From assembly GCA_051985755.1 (NCBI GenBank), contig JBPYDO010000380.1:1-50487 (forward strand): DNA of 50,487 nucleotides, given 5' to 3'. The notes under the pieces were generated by a model. The model was given only the letters and a program-made list of their open reading frames with translations. It searched no databases and was not told the DNA's origin. The position numbers and the translations under genes are program-made. Within the stretch, counting starts at the first letter, position 1. Every line of letters starts with the position of its first letter. Below, piece by piece: positions 1 through 9,749 of this stretch. The stretch comes from Reyranella sp. GTDB taxonomy: Bacteria > Pseudomonadota > Alphaproteobacteria > Reyranellales > Reyranellaceae.

Positions 1-2024
1 CACGGGAGGTCGGCTTCACGGTGCTGTCGATGAGCCTGTCGCTGGTCGCGGTGTTCATCCCCATCCTGCTGATGGGCGGCATCGTCGGGCGGCTGTTCCG
101 CGAGTTCGCCGTAACGCTGACCATCGCCATCGTGATCTCGATGGTGGTGTCGCTCACCACCACGCCGGTGATGTGCGCCTTCCTCCTGCGCCCGCCGCGG
201 CACGGCGAGGATGCGCCGCGGGCGCAGGGCTGGCGCGGGGCGGTGCATGGGCTCTCCGTGCTGAGCGAGCGGATCTTCGACTCGGTCCAGACGTTCTACG
301 GCCGCACGCTTGCCTGGGTGCTGCGCCATCCGGGCCCCACCGCGCTGGTATTCCTCGGCACGGTGCTCCTCAATGTCTTTCTGTACATCGAAGTGCCGAA
401 GGGCTTCTTCCCCCAGCAGGATACCGGCCGGATGATCGGCTTCATCCGCGCTGACCAGAGCATCTCGTTCCAGGCCATGCGGCGGAAGTTCCGGCAGTTC
501 ATCGGCATCGTACGCGCCGATCCGGCGGTGCAGAACGTCGTGGGTTTCACCGGCGGCTTCCAGACCAATTCGGGCTTCATGTTCACCCAGCTGAAGCCGC
601 TGGCCGAGCGCAAGACCCCGGTCGACCAGGTGATCGCCCGCCTGCGCCAGAAGCTCAACGAGGTGGCCGGCGCCCAGCTCTTCCTGCAGGCGGTCCAGGA
701 CATCCGGGTCGGCGGGCGCCAGGCAAGCTCGCAATACCAGTTCACCCTGCAGTCGGATTCGCTTTCCACCCTGTATGACTGGGGGCCCAAGATCCTCGAG
801 GCGCTGCGCAAGGATCCTTCGGTCATCACCGACGTCGATTCCGACCAGCAGCAGCACGGCCTGCAGGTCAACCTCACGATCGATCGCGATGCGGCGGCGC
901 GGCTCGGCGTCGACACGCGCTCGATCTCGGCAACTCTCTATGACGCCTTCGGCCAGCGTCAGGTCTCGACCATCTACAACCTCCTGAACCAGTACCACGT
1001 CGTCATGGAGGTCTCGCCGGAATACTGGCAGAACCCCGAGACGCTCGACCAGATCTATGTCAGCACCTCGGGCGGCTCTATCAGCGGCTCGCAGGCGACG
1101 CAGGCGATCGTGTCGACAGCGCCTCTGGCCGCCGGCGCCGTCGACCCGTCGGCGGCGGTGCGCAACCAGCTCACCAACTCAATCGCCGTCAGCGGCCACG
1201 GCTCGGCCTCGACCGGCGCCGCCGTCAGCACCTCGGTCGAGACGATGGTGCCGCTCTCGCAGCTGACCAAGTACGAGTTCGGCAGCACGCCGCTCGGCGT
1301 CAATCACCAGGGCCTGTTCGTCGCCACGACGATCTCGTTCAACCTGGCGGTCGGCAAGACCCTGAGCGATGCCGTCACCTTCGTGAACGACAAGATGCGC
1401 GAGATCGGCGTGCCAGCCTCGATCCACGGCACTTTCCAGGGCACGGCGCGGGCCTTCCAGCAGTCGCTCGACAGCCAGCTCGTGGTCGTCCTGTTCGCGC
1501 TGGCCGCCATCTACATCGTGCTGGGCGTGCTGTACGAGAGCTACATCCATCCGCTCACGATCCTCTCGACCCTGCCCTCGGCCGGCATCGGCGCGCTGCT
1601 GGCGCTGCAGCTGTTCGGAATTCCGCTCACCATCATCGCCATGATCGGCGTCCTGCTGCTGATCGGCATCGTGAAGAAGAATGCCATCATGATGATCGAC
1701 GTGGCGCTGGAGCGCGAGCGACACCGGGATCTGGACCCGCGCGAGGCCATCTTCCAGGCCGCCCTGCTGCGCTTCCGCCCGATCCTGATGACCACGCTCG
1801 CCGCGATGTTCGGCGCCGTGCCGCTGGCGCTGGGTATCGGCGACGGGGCGGAACTGCGCCAGCCACTCGGCCTCTCCATCATCGGTGGCCTGCTGGTGAG
1901 CCAGGTCCTGACGCTCTATACGACGCCCGTGATCTACCTCTACCTCGACCGCTTCCGGCGCCGCGACCGCGATCCGCTCAGCCGCACGGCGCGCGCCCTG
2001 GGCGGCTTCGAGGCGCAGACATGA
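1..2024 (+). CDS. mdtC: RND multidrug efflux permease, MdtB/MdtC-like (5'-truncated by the window edge)
   Basis: The frame is open from the window start (REVGFTVLSMS). Motifs GRLFREFAVTL, PKGFFPQQDTG, GIVKKNAIMMID and RFRPILMTT are typical of MdtB/C. Confidence 0.88.
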   Translation, partial: REVGFTVLSMSLSLVAVFIPILLMGGIVGRLFREFAVTLTIAIVISMVVSLTTTPVMCAFLLRPPRHGEDAPRAQGWRGAVHGLSVLSERIFDSVQTFYGRTLAWVLRHPGPTALVFLGTVLLNVFLYIEVPKGFFPQQDTGRMIGFIRADQSISFQAMRRKFRQFIGIVRADPAVQNVVGFTGGFQTNSGFMFTQLKPLAERKTPVDQVIARLRQKLNEVAGAQLFLQAVQDIRVGGRQASSQYQFTLQSDSLSTLYDWGPKILEALRKDPSVITDVDSDQQQHGLQVNLTIDRDAAARLGVDTRSISATLYDAFGQRQVSTIYNLLNQYHVVMEVSPEYWQNPETLDQIYVSTSGGSISGSQATQAIVSTAPLAAGAVDPSAAVRNQLTNSIAVSGHGSASTGAAVSTSVETMVPLSQLTKYEFGSTPLGVNHQGLFVATTISFNLAVGKTLSDAVTFVNDKMREIGVPASIHGTFQGTARAFQQSLDSQLVVVLFALAAIYIVLGVLYESYIHPLTILSTLPSAGIGALLALQLFGIPLTIIAMIGVLLLIGIVKKNAIMMIDVALERERHRDLDPREAIFQAALLRFRPILMTTLAAMFGAVPLALGIGDGAELRQPLGLSIIGGLLVSQVLTLYTTPVIYLYLDRFRRRDRDPLSRTARALGGFEAQT

Positions 2025-3544
2025 GGATGATGCATGCTCGGCAGGCGTCGCTCGCGGCATGCCTCCTCCTGACGAGCTGCCTCGTCGGCCCGGACTACAA
2101 GAAGCCGCCGCCGGCCAGCGATTCCACCGCGTCGTTCAAGGAGCAGGCGCCGGTGACCGACGGCGAAATCGAGTTCCGGCCGGCCCTGCCGCGCGACGCC
2201 ATCGATCATGGCCCGTGGTGGACGATCTACAACGATCCGACGCTCGACAGCCTGATGGCGCAGGTCAACATCTCCAACCAGACCCTGAAGGAGAACGAGG
2301 CAGCCTACCGCCAGGCGCTCGCCCTGATCCGCCAAAGCCAGTCGCCACTCTATCCGACGATCGCTCTCTCCGGCGGCACCTCCCAGGCAGGCAGCGGCTC
2401 GAGCGGGCGAAGCGCCACCGTGGTGGCAGGCAGCACGCAGGGGCAGTTCACGTCGGGCGCCTCGATGTCCTGGGAGCTCGACGTCTGGGGCGCCATCCGC
2501 CGCGCCGTCGAGAGCGATGCCGCCGCCGCCCAGGCGAGCGCCGGCACGCTCGAAGCCGCCCGACTCTCAACGCAGTCGAGCCTCGCCACGGCGTACTTCT
2601 CGCTGCGCATCACCGACGAGCGCATTAAGTCCTACCGGCAGTCGGTCGCGGCCTACACCAGGTCGCTCGACATCGTGCGCAACCAGGTGAATGCCGGCAC
2701 CGCATCCGGACTGGATCTGGCGCAGGCCGAGACCCAGCTGGAGCAGACGCGGGCGCTCTATGTTGCGGAGGGCGCCAACCGCGCCCTGTTCGAGCACGCG
2801 ATCGCCGCCCTGATCGGCAAGCTGCCGGTCGAGGTCAACATCCCGGTGGCCAACCTGCCCGACCGCGTGCCGACCCTCGATGCCGGCGTGCCTTCGACCA
2901 TGCTCGAGCGGCGTCCCGACATTGCATCCGCCGAGCGGCAGATGCAGTCGGCCAATGCCCAGATCGGCGTCGCCGTGGCGGCCTACTATCCGACCTTCAC
3001 CTTCAACGCTTCGATCAACGTTCTGGCGACCATGCTGCAGAACATCATGAACTTCACCTCGTCGGTCTGGTCGTTCGGCACGGAGATGGCCGCCACCGCC
3101 ATCGAGGGCGGCACGCGGGCGGCGCAGGTCGAGGGGGCGCGCGCCAACTACGACAAGACGGTCGCGACGTACCGCCAGACCGTGGTCACCGCCTTTCAGC
3201 AGGTCGAGGACGCGCTCGCCCAGCAGCGCTACTTCGAATTGCAGGAGTCGATCCAGCGCCGCGCCGTCGCCTCCGGCTTCGAGGCCGAGCGGCTGTCGCT
3301 CAACCAGTATCAGGCCGGCACCGTCTCCTACACCACCGTGGTCACCGCCCAGACCGCGGCGCTGGTGGCCGAGCAGACTCTGCTCGATATCGAGCTCAGT
3401 CGCTTCACGACCAGCGCCAACCTCGTGACGGCGCTGGGTGGCGGCTGGCGCGAGGAGGACCTGCCCAAGGTGATGCCGGTGATCCCGGGCCAGGGCACCG
3501 GCGGCTCGCCGGTCAAGGGCAAGAGCCACTGGTGGCCGTTCTAA
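2021..3544 (+). CDS. Efflux outer-membrane lipoprotein, NodT/OprM (TolC) family
   Basis: Lipobox-like LLTSC followed by LVGPDYKKP; motifs WELDVWG and LERRPDIASAER; C-terminal ALGGGW. ATGA overlap with the RND gene. Confidence 0.9.
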   Translation: MRMMHARQASLAACLLLTSCLVGPDYKKPPPASDSTASFKEQAPVTDGEIEFRPALPRDAIDHGPWWTIYNDPTLDSLMAQVNISNQTLKENEAAYRQALALIRQSQSPLYPTIALSGGTSQAGSGSSGRSATVVAGSTQGQFTSGASMSWELDVWGAIRRAVESDAAAAQASAGTLEAARLSTQSSLATAYFSLRITDERIKSYRQSVAAYTRSLDIVRNQVNAGTASGLDLAQAETQLEQTRALYVAEGANRALFEHAIAALIGKLPVEVNIPVANLPDRVPTLDAGVPSTMLERRPDIASAERQMQSANAQIGVAVAAYYPTFTFNASINVLATMLQNIMNFTSSVWSFGTEMAATAIEGGTRAAQVEGARANYDKTVATYRQTVVTAFQQVEDALAQQRYFELQESIQRRAVASGFEAERLSLNQYQAGTVSYTTVVTAQTAALVAEQTLLDIELSRFTTSANLVTALGGGWREEDLPKVMPVIPGQGTGGSPVKGKSHWWPF

Positions 3545-3573
3545 GCGGCGCCTTCCGGCGATAAGCTCGGGGG

Positions 3574-4659
3574 ATGGCGGAGCCCGAGATCCGCAAGATC
3601 ATCCATCTCGACATGGACGCCTTCTATGCGTCGGTCGAGCAGCGCGACGATCCCGAACTGCGCGGCAAGCCGGTGGCGGTGGGCGGCAGCCGCGAACGCG
3701 GCGTGGTGATGGCGGCTTCCTACGAGGCGCGCCAATTCGGCGTGCGCTCGGCCATGCCGTCGGCCACCGCCAAGCGGCTATGCCCGGAGCTCCTGTTCGT
3801 GAAACCGCGCTTCGATGCCTACAAGGAGGTCTCGCAAAAGATCCGCGCGATCTTTCTCGAATACACGTCGCTGGTCGAGCCGTTGTCGCTCGACGAGGCC
3901 TATCTCGACGTCACGACCAATCTCAAGAACATACCGCTTGCCTCCGACATCGCCCGCGCGATCCGCGCCCGCATCCTCGCCGAGATCGGCCTCACCGCCT
4001 CGGCGGGCATTTCCTACAACAAGTTCCTGGCCAAGCTTGCGTCCGATCACCGCAAACCGAATGGCCAGTTCGTGATCCCGCCCGAGAAAGGCCCGGCCTT
4101 CGTCGAGGCCCTGCCGATCGGCAAGTTCCACGGCGTCGGGCCCGCCACCGAGGCCAAGATGAAGCGGCTGGGCATCGAGACCGGAGCCGACCTCAAGGCG
4201 CAGTCGCTGGAGTTCCTGCAGCAGTATTTCGGCAAGGCCGGCAGCTGGTACTTCGCCATCTCCCGCGGCGAGGACGACCGCCGGGTGGTGCCCGACCGGC
4301 CGCGCAAGTCGGTCGGCTCCGAGACGACTTTCGCGCAGGATCTCGGCCGGCCGGCCGAGATCGAAGAGGGAGTGAAGTCGGTGCTGGACGATGTCTGGGG
4401 CTATTGCGAGCGCACCGGGATCGCCGGCCGGACCGTGACGGTGAAGATAAAGTACTCCGACTTCCAGATCGTGACGCGCAGCCGCACCCTCGATCACCCT
4501 GTCGCGAGCCGCGGCGAACTAGAGCAGACCAGCGTCGAGCTGGTGCGCTCGATCCTGCCGCTGGAGAAGAAGGTGCGACTTTTAGGCGTGTCGCTCTCCA
4601 ACATGGCCGAGCGCGCACCAGCCGCGACGGTGCCGCCGCAGCTGACCCTCGGGCTATAA
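3574..4659 (+). CDS. dinB: DNA polymerase IV (Y family)
   Basis: Motifs RKIIHLDMDAFYASVE, SYEAR, SLDEAYLD and NKFLAKLAS; C-terminal QLTLGL resembles a beta-clamp-binding motif. Confidence 0.96.
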   Translation: MAEPEIRKIIHLDMDAFYASVEQRDDPELRGKPVAVGGSRERGVVMAASYEARQFGVRSAMPSATAKRLCPELLFVKPRFDAYKEVSQKIRAIFLEYTSLVEPLSLDEAYLDVTTNLKNIPLASDIARAIRARILAEIGLTASAGISYNKFLAKLASDHRKPNGQFVIPPEKGPAFVEALPIGKFHGVGPATEAKMKRLGIETGADLKAQSLEFLQQYFGKAGSWYFAISRGEDDRRVVPDRPRKSVGSETTFAQDLGRPAEIEEGVKSVLDDVWGYCERTGIAGRTVTVKIKYSDFQIVTRSRTLDHPVASRGELEQTSVELVRSILPLEKKVRLLGVSLSNMAERAPAATVPPQLTLGL

Positions 4660-4678
4660 GGCTCTGACCCCTATCCCT

Positions 4679-4702
4679 GGGGTACTGGCTTGCCAGTACC
4701 CC
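4679..4702. repeat. Perfect inverted repeat GGGGTACTGG-CTTG-CCAGTACCCC (terminator or operator)
   Basis: 10-bp stem with a CUUG loop about 20 nt after the dinB stop; no U-tract. Confidence 0.6.
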
Positions 4703-4950
4703 CGTATATTGTGGAAAGACAATAGAGCAAACGCATGCAAACCTGAGCCGAGCATAGAAATGTTCTATCGAAGGGCAGGACGGCTTTGTTGAAGGTGTGC
4801 CGGCATCCCCCGATCATTCGTTGTTCGATCAGGGGAAGTCGATCGGAGCAAGCGATGACGGCGCCGAGCCAAACAGAGGCCAACGACATTGGTCACCGTC
4901 GGGCGAGGCGCGTGGGCGTCGCCATGACGGCGGCACGGTAAGCGGCGCGG

Positions 4951-5180
4951 ATGCCTGGCGACACGCTCGTCACAGGGCCAACCAGATCGGCAAGTTCTTC
5001 GCGCCGCGTCTGCAAGGCGACGCGGCCGCGGCGATCGCCGAGCATCTGCGGAAGTTCTGGGACCCCGCTATGCGAGCCGCCATTGTTGCTCACGAGGAGC
5101 AGGGCGGTGCCGGCCTCGACGAAGCCGTTCGCGAAGCCGTGAGGCAATTGCGCGGCGACGTTAGCGGCGACCTTAGTTGA
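4951..5180 (+). pseudogene. fdsD: Formate dehydrogenase delta subunit (FdsD), apparently frameshifted after codon 8
   Basis: ATG at 4951 gives MPGDTLVT. The FdsD-like ANQIGKFF...IAEHLRKFWDPAMRAAI...GGAGLD starts at 4977 in another frame (ACA-GG-GCC-AAC, one base short). Confidence 0.72.
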
Positions 5181-5231
5181 CGCTGTAAAGTGGTGGACCC
5201 TAGGGTCCTTCGAGAGAACTCAAGGAGACGT

Positions 5232-6959
5232 TTGGTGCCTGAAGGATCCTCCCCCGCCCGCCAACCCCGCCATCCGGGGTCGAGCCGCCGTCGCGGGCGC
5301 ACGGTCCCCAAGGGTCGCCAGGCCGTCCCATCGGCGCAGGCCGAGGTCCGGGCGCTGCTCGGCAACGCCGAGCGGCGGCCCGATCTCCTGATCGAATTTC
5401 TGCATCTGATCCAGGACAAGTATGGCCATCTCTCGGCGGCCCATCTGATGGCGCTCGCAGAAGAAATGCGCCTGTCGCAGGCCGAGGTCTACGAGGTCGC
5501 GACCTTCTACGCCCATTTCGACGTGGTGAAAGAGGGCGAGACGCCGCCGCCGCCGCTCACCATTCGGGTCTGCGATAGCCTGTCCTGCGCGCTGGCCGGT
5601 GCGGAAAAGCTGATCGCCGGGCTGGGCCCTGCGGTCGGCCCGGGCGTGCGCGTCGTGCGCGCGCCGTGCGTCGGCCACTGCCACACCGCACCTGCCGCTG
5701 AAGTCGGCCATCACTTCGTCGACCATGCCGACTTCGCCAAGGTCAAGAAGGCCGTGGACGAGCACCGGCACGATCCGGTGATCCCGAAATACAAGGACCT
5801 CGACGCTTATCGCGCCGACGGCGGCTACAAGACGCTCGGCCGCCTGCGCAGCGGCGAGCTCAGCCGCGATGCGCTGGTCGAGGTTGTCGACAAGGCGGGC
5901 TTGCGCGGCTGCGGCGGCGCCGGCTTTCCGACCGCGCGTAAATGGAAATCGGTGCTGGGCGAGAAGGGTCCGCGCCTGATGGCGGTCAATGCCGACGAAG
6001 GCGAGCCCGGCACGTTCAAGGATCGCCACTTCCTCGAGACCGATCCGCATCGCGTGCTCGAGGGCATGCTGATGGCCGCCCATCTTGTCGAGGCGGCGGA
6101 AATCTACTTTTACCTGCGCGACGAGTATCCCGAGTGCCGCGAGATCCTGACGCGTGAGATCGCCAGGCTCGAATCGACCGGGCTGCTGGCCGGCGTGCGC
6201 ATCCATCTGCGACGCGGCGCCGGCGCCTATATCTGCGGCGAAGAATCGGCGATGATCGAGAGCATCGAGGGAAAGCGCGGCCTGCCGCGCCACCGGCCGC
6301 CGCTCCCCTTCCAGGTCGGGATCTTCGGCCGGCCGACGCTGATCAACAATGTCGAGACGCTCTACTGGGTGCGCGACATCGTCGAGCGCGGGCCCGACTG
6401 GTGGACGGCGCAGGGCCGCAACGGCCGCAAGGGCGTGCACGTTTTCTCGGTGTCGGGGCGCGTTGCCAATCCAGGCGTCAAGATCGCGCCGGCCGGCGTC
6501 ACGGTGCGCGAGCTGATCGACGAATTCTGCGGCGGCATGCTCAAGGGCCACGCCTTCAAGGCCTATGTGCCGGGTGGCGCATCGAGCGGCATCCTGCCCG
6601 CGTCGATGGGCGACATCCCGCTGGATTTTGGCACGCTCGAACCGCACGGCAGCTTCATCGGCTCGGCGGCGGTGATGATCCTGTCCGACAAGGACGACAT
6701 CAAGGAGGCGGCGCTCAACCTGATGCGCTTCTTCATGGATGAGAGCTGCGGCCAGTGCACGCCCTGCCGTGTCGGCACCGAGAAGGCGGTCAAGCTGATG
6801 GCGGCGCGCGGCTGGAACGAGAAGCTCCTCAGCGAGCTGTCGGTCGCCATGCGCGACGCCTCGATCTGCGGCCTGGGACAGGCTGCGCCCAATTCCGTGA
6901 CCACGGTCATGAACCACTTTCCCGCCGACGTGGGAATCGCCAAGGAGACCGGGCGATGA
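5232..6959 (+). CDS. NAD-dependent formate dehydrogenase beta subunit (NuoE-NuoF fusion; FMN, 2Fe-2S, 4Fe-4S)
   Basis: EVATFYAHF and CDSLSC (NuoE-like); GLRGCGGAGFPT, NADEGEPGTFKDR, GAGAYICGEESA and ESCGQCTPCRVG (NuoF-like). Start set at TTG 5232/GTG 5235, after the AGGAG at 5223. Confidence 0.9.
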   Translation: MVPEGSSPARQPRHPGSSRRRGRTVPKGRQAVPSAQAEVRALLGNAERRPDLLIEFLHLIQDKYGHLSAAHLMALAEEMRLSQAEVYEVATFYAHFDVVKEGETPPPPLTIRVCDSLSCALAGAEKLIAGLGPAVGPGVRVVRAPCVGHCHTAPAAEVGHHFVDHADFAKVKKAVDEHRHDPVIPKYKDLDAYRADGGYKTLGRLRSGELSRDALVEVVDKAGLRGCGGAGFPTARKWKSVLGEKGPRLMAVNADEGEPGTFKDRHFLETDPHRVLEGMLMAAHLVEAAEIYFYLRDEYPECREILTREIARLESTGLLAGVRIHLRRGAGAYICGEESAMIESIEGKRGLPRHRPPLPFQVGIFGRPTLINNVETLYWVRDIVERGPDWWTAQGRNGRKGVHVFSVSGRVANPGVKIAPAGVTVRELIDEFCGGMLKGHAFKAYVPGGASSGILPASMGDIPLDFGTLEPHGSFIGSAAVMILSDKDDIKEAALNLMRFFMDESCGQCTPCRVGTEKAVKLMAARGWNEKLLSELSVAMRDASICGLGQAAPNSVTTVMNHFPADVGIAKETGR

Positions 6960-9739
6960 GCACCATCAAGTTCACCATCGACGGCACCGAGGTCGAGGCG
7001 CGCGACGGCGAGACGATCTGGCAGGTCGCCAACCGCATCGGCGTCGAGATCCCGCACCTCTGCTATTCGCCGGCGCCCGGCTACCGGCCCGATGGCAATT
7101 GTCGCGCCTGCATGGTCGAGATCGAAGGCGAGCGGGTGCTGGCCGCCTCCTGCCTGCGGCAGCCGACCGCGGGCATGAAGGTGAAGGTCGCGACGCCGCG
7201 CGCCGAGGCGTCGCGCAAGATGGTGTTCGAGCTGCTGCTCGCCGACCAGCCGGAACGGGCCATCTCGCGCGATCCCGATTCCAAGTTCTGGCACTGGGCC
7301 GACGCGGTCGGCCTGAGCGCAAGCCGCTTCCCCAAGGACGAGCGGCCGGCCTGCGACGTCAGCCATCCGGCGATGGCGGTGAACCTCGACGCCTGCATCA
7401 ACTGCAATCTCTGCGTCCGCGCCTGCCGCGAGGTGCAGGTCAATGACGTGATCGGCATGGCCTTCCGCGGCAATCACGAGAAGATCGTGTTCGATTTCAA
7501 CGACCCGATGGGCGACAGCTCGTGCGTCGCCTGCGGCGAGTGCGTGCAGGCCTGCCCGACCGGCGCGCTGATGCCATCGGCGCTGCTCGATGCCAACCAG
7601 AGCCGCACCCAGTATGCCGATCGCACGGTCGACAGCCTCTGCCCGTTCTGCGGCGTCGGCTGCCAGCTGACCTATCACATCAAGGACGACAAGATCCTGC
7701 ATGTCACCGGCAAGGACGGGCCGGCCAACCACGCGCGGCTCTGCGTCAAGGGACGTTTCGGCTTCGACTATGCCCATCATCCCCACCGGCTCACCGTGCC
7801 GCTGGTGCGCAAGGACGGCGTGCGCAAGTCGGCCGAGGACGAGGTCGATCCGGGCAATCCGTGGACGCATTTCCGCGAGGCCACCTGGGAAGAGGCGATG
7901 GAGCGGGCCGCGGCCGGCCTGCTCGAGATTCGCGGCCGCAAAGGCGGGGCGGGCCTGGCGGGCTTCGGCTCGGCCAAGGGCTCCAACGAGGAGGCCTATC
8001 TCTTCCAAAAGCTGGTGCGCACCGGCTTCGGCACCAACAACGTCGACCATTGCACGCGGCTCTGCCATGCCTCGTCGGTAGCCGCCCTGTTCGAGGGCAT
8101 CGGCTCGGGTGCGGTGACGGCGCCGTTTTCGGCCGCGCTCGATGCCGAGACGATCGTCGTCATCGGCGCCAATCCGACCATCAACCATCCGGTCGCCGCC
8201 ACCTTCATCAAGAATGCCGTCAAGCGCGGCGCCAAGCTGATCGTCGCCGATCCGCGCGGCCAGGGCCTGTCACGCCATGCCACGATCAATCTGCGCTTCA
8301 AGCCGGGCAGCGACGTGGCGCTCCTAAACGCGATGCTGCACACCATCATCAAGGAGGACCTCACCGACAAGCAGTACATCGCGGGCTTCACCGAAGGCTT
8401 CCCCGAGCTCGCCGGGAAGATCGACGGCTTCTCGCCCGAGGCGATGGAGCCGGTGTGCGGCGTCCCGGCCGAGACGATCAAGACCGTGGCCCGCATGTAC
8501 GCCCGTTCGCGGGCTTCGATCATCTTCTGGGGCATGGGCATCTCGCAGCACGTGCACGGCACCGACAACGCCCGCTGCCTTATCGCGCTCGCCCTGGTCA
8601 CCGGCCAGGTGGCGCGGCCGGGCACCGGCCTGCATCCGCTGCGCGGCCAGAACAACGTGCAGGGCGCCTCCGACTCCGGCCTGATCCCGATGTTCTTCAC
8701 CGACTATCGGCCGGTCGAACCGGGCGAGGCTCACCAATTCTTCGAGAAGACCTGGGGCGTGCCGCTCGATACCAAGCGCGGGCTCACGGTGGTCGAGATC
8801 ATGAACGCGATCCACGCCGGCCAGATCGAGGGCATGTACATCATGGGCGAGAACCCCGCGATGTCCGACCCTGACACCCATCACGCGCGCCAGGGTTTCG
8901 CCAAACTGAAGCACCTGGTGGTGCAGGACGTCTTCCTGACCGAGACCGCCTGGCACGCCGACGTCGTGCTGCCGGCCTCGGTGTTCCCCGAGAAGACCGG
9001 CACCTTCACCAACACCGACCGGCGCGTGCAGCTCGGCCGCATCGCGCTGCCGCTGCCCGGCAAGGCGCGGCACGACATCGACATCATCATCGACCTCGCC
9101 AACCGGCTGGGCTGCGGCTGGAACTACAAGGATGTCGGCGAGGTCTACACCGAGATGGCCATGACCATGCCGTCGCTCAACAACATCAGCTGGCAGCGGC
9201 TGCAGCGCGAGGGCGCGGTGACCTATCCGGCCGACGGCGAAAACGTGCCCGGCAACGAGATCCTGTTCGCGTCGGGCTATCCGACCAAGAGCGGGCGCGG
9301 CAAGATCGTGCCCGCCCACGTCCAGCCACCCGACGAGATCCCGGACGACAAATACCCGTTCGTGCTGTCGACCGGCCGCGTGCTCGAGCATTGGCACACC
9401 GGTGCGATGACCCGCCGCGCATCGGTTCTCGACGAGCTCGAGCCCGAGGCCATGGCGTTCCTGGCGCCGCGCGATCTCGAGCGGCTGGGCATCGAGCGTG
9501 GCGACATGATCCGCGTCTCGACGCGACGCGGCGCCATCGAGCTCAAGGTGCGCTCCGACACCGACGTGCCGGACGGCATGGTGTTCATCCCGTTCTGCTA
9601 CGCCGAGGCGGCGGCCAATATCCTGACCAACCCGGCGCTCGATCCGTTCGGCAAGATCCCCGAATTCAAGTTCTGCGCCGCCCAGGTCGAGCCGGCCAAA
9701 GCTGCTCCGGATAAGGCCGTCGCGGAGGCCGCCGAGTAG
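6956..9739 (+). CDS. fdhF: Formate dehydrogenase alpha subunit (bis-MGD Mo/W enzyme with NuoG-like Fe-S N-terminus)
   Basis: IPHLC, CRAC, CINCNLCVRAC, CVACGECVQACP, CPFCGVGC, catalytic RLCHAS (Cys ligand), LRGQNNVQG and IPEFK. ATG 6956 overlaps the beta-subunit stop (ATGA). Confidence 0.93.
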   Translation: MSTIKFTIDGTEVEARDGETIWQVANRIGVEIPHLCYSPAPGYRPDGNCRACMVEIEGERVLAASCLRQPTAGMKVKVATPRAEASRKMVFELLLADQPERAISRDPDSKFWHWADAVGLSASRFPKDERPACDVSHPAMAVNLDACINCNLCVRACREVQVNDVIGMAFRGNHEKIVFDFNDPMGDSSCVACGECVQACPTGALMPSALLDANQSRTQYADRTVDSLCPFCGVGCQLTYHIKDDKILHVTGKDGPANHARLCVKGRFGFDYAHHPHRLTVPLVRKDGVRKSAEDEVDPGNPWTHFREATWEEAMERAAAGLLEIRGRKGGAGLAGFGSAKGSNEEAYLFQKLVRTGFGTNNVDHCTRLCHASSVAALFEGIGSGAVTAPFSAALDAETIVVIGANPTINHPVAATFIKNAVKRGAKLIVADPRGQGLSRHATINLRFKPGSDVALLNAMLHTIIKEDLTDKQYIAGFTEGFPELAGKIDGFSPEAMEPVCGVPAETIKTVARMYARSRASIIFWGMGISQHVHGTDNARCLIALALVTGQVARPGTGLHPLRGQNNVQGASDSGLIPMFFTDYRPVEPGEAHQFFEKTWGVPLDTKRGLTVVEIMNAIHAGQIEGMYIMGENPAMSDPDTHHARQGFAKLKHLVVQDVFLTETAWHADVVLPASVFPEKTGTFTNTDRRVQLGRIALPLPGKARHDIDIIIDLANRLGCGWNYKDVGEVYTEMAMTMPSLNNISWQRLQREGAVTYPADGENVPGNEILFASGYPTKSGRGKIVPAHVQPPDEIPDDKYPFVLSTGRVLEHWHTGAMTRRASVLDELEPEAMAFLAPRDLERLGIERGDMIRVSTRRGAIELKVRSDTDVPDGMVFIPFCYAEAAANILTNPALDPFGKIPEFKFCAAQVEPAKAAPDKAVAEAAE

Positions 9740-9749
9740 CGGCCCTCGC

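Noticed and set aside
8060-8075. Selenocysteine in the FDH active site
   Set aside because: The ligand codon is TGC (Cys) and the frame has no internal TGA.
5232-9739. Respiratory complex I nuoEFG
   Set aside because: The large subunit has the FDH catalytic RLCHAS and LRGQNNVQG motifs, the neighbours are fdsD and moeA, and no other nuo genes are present.
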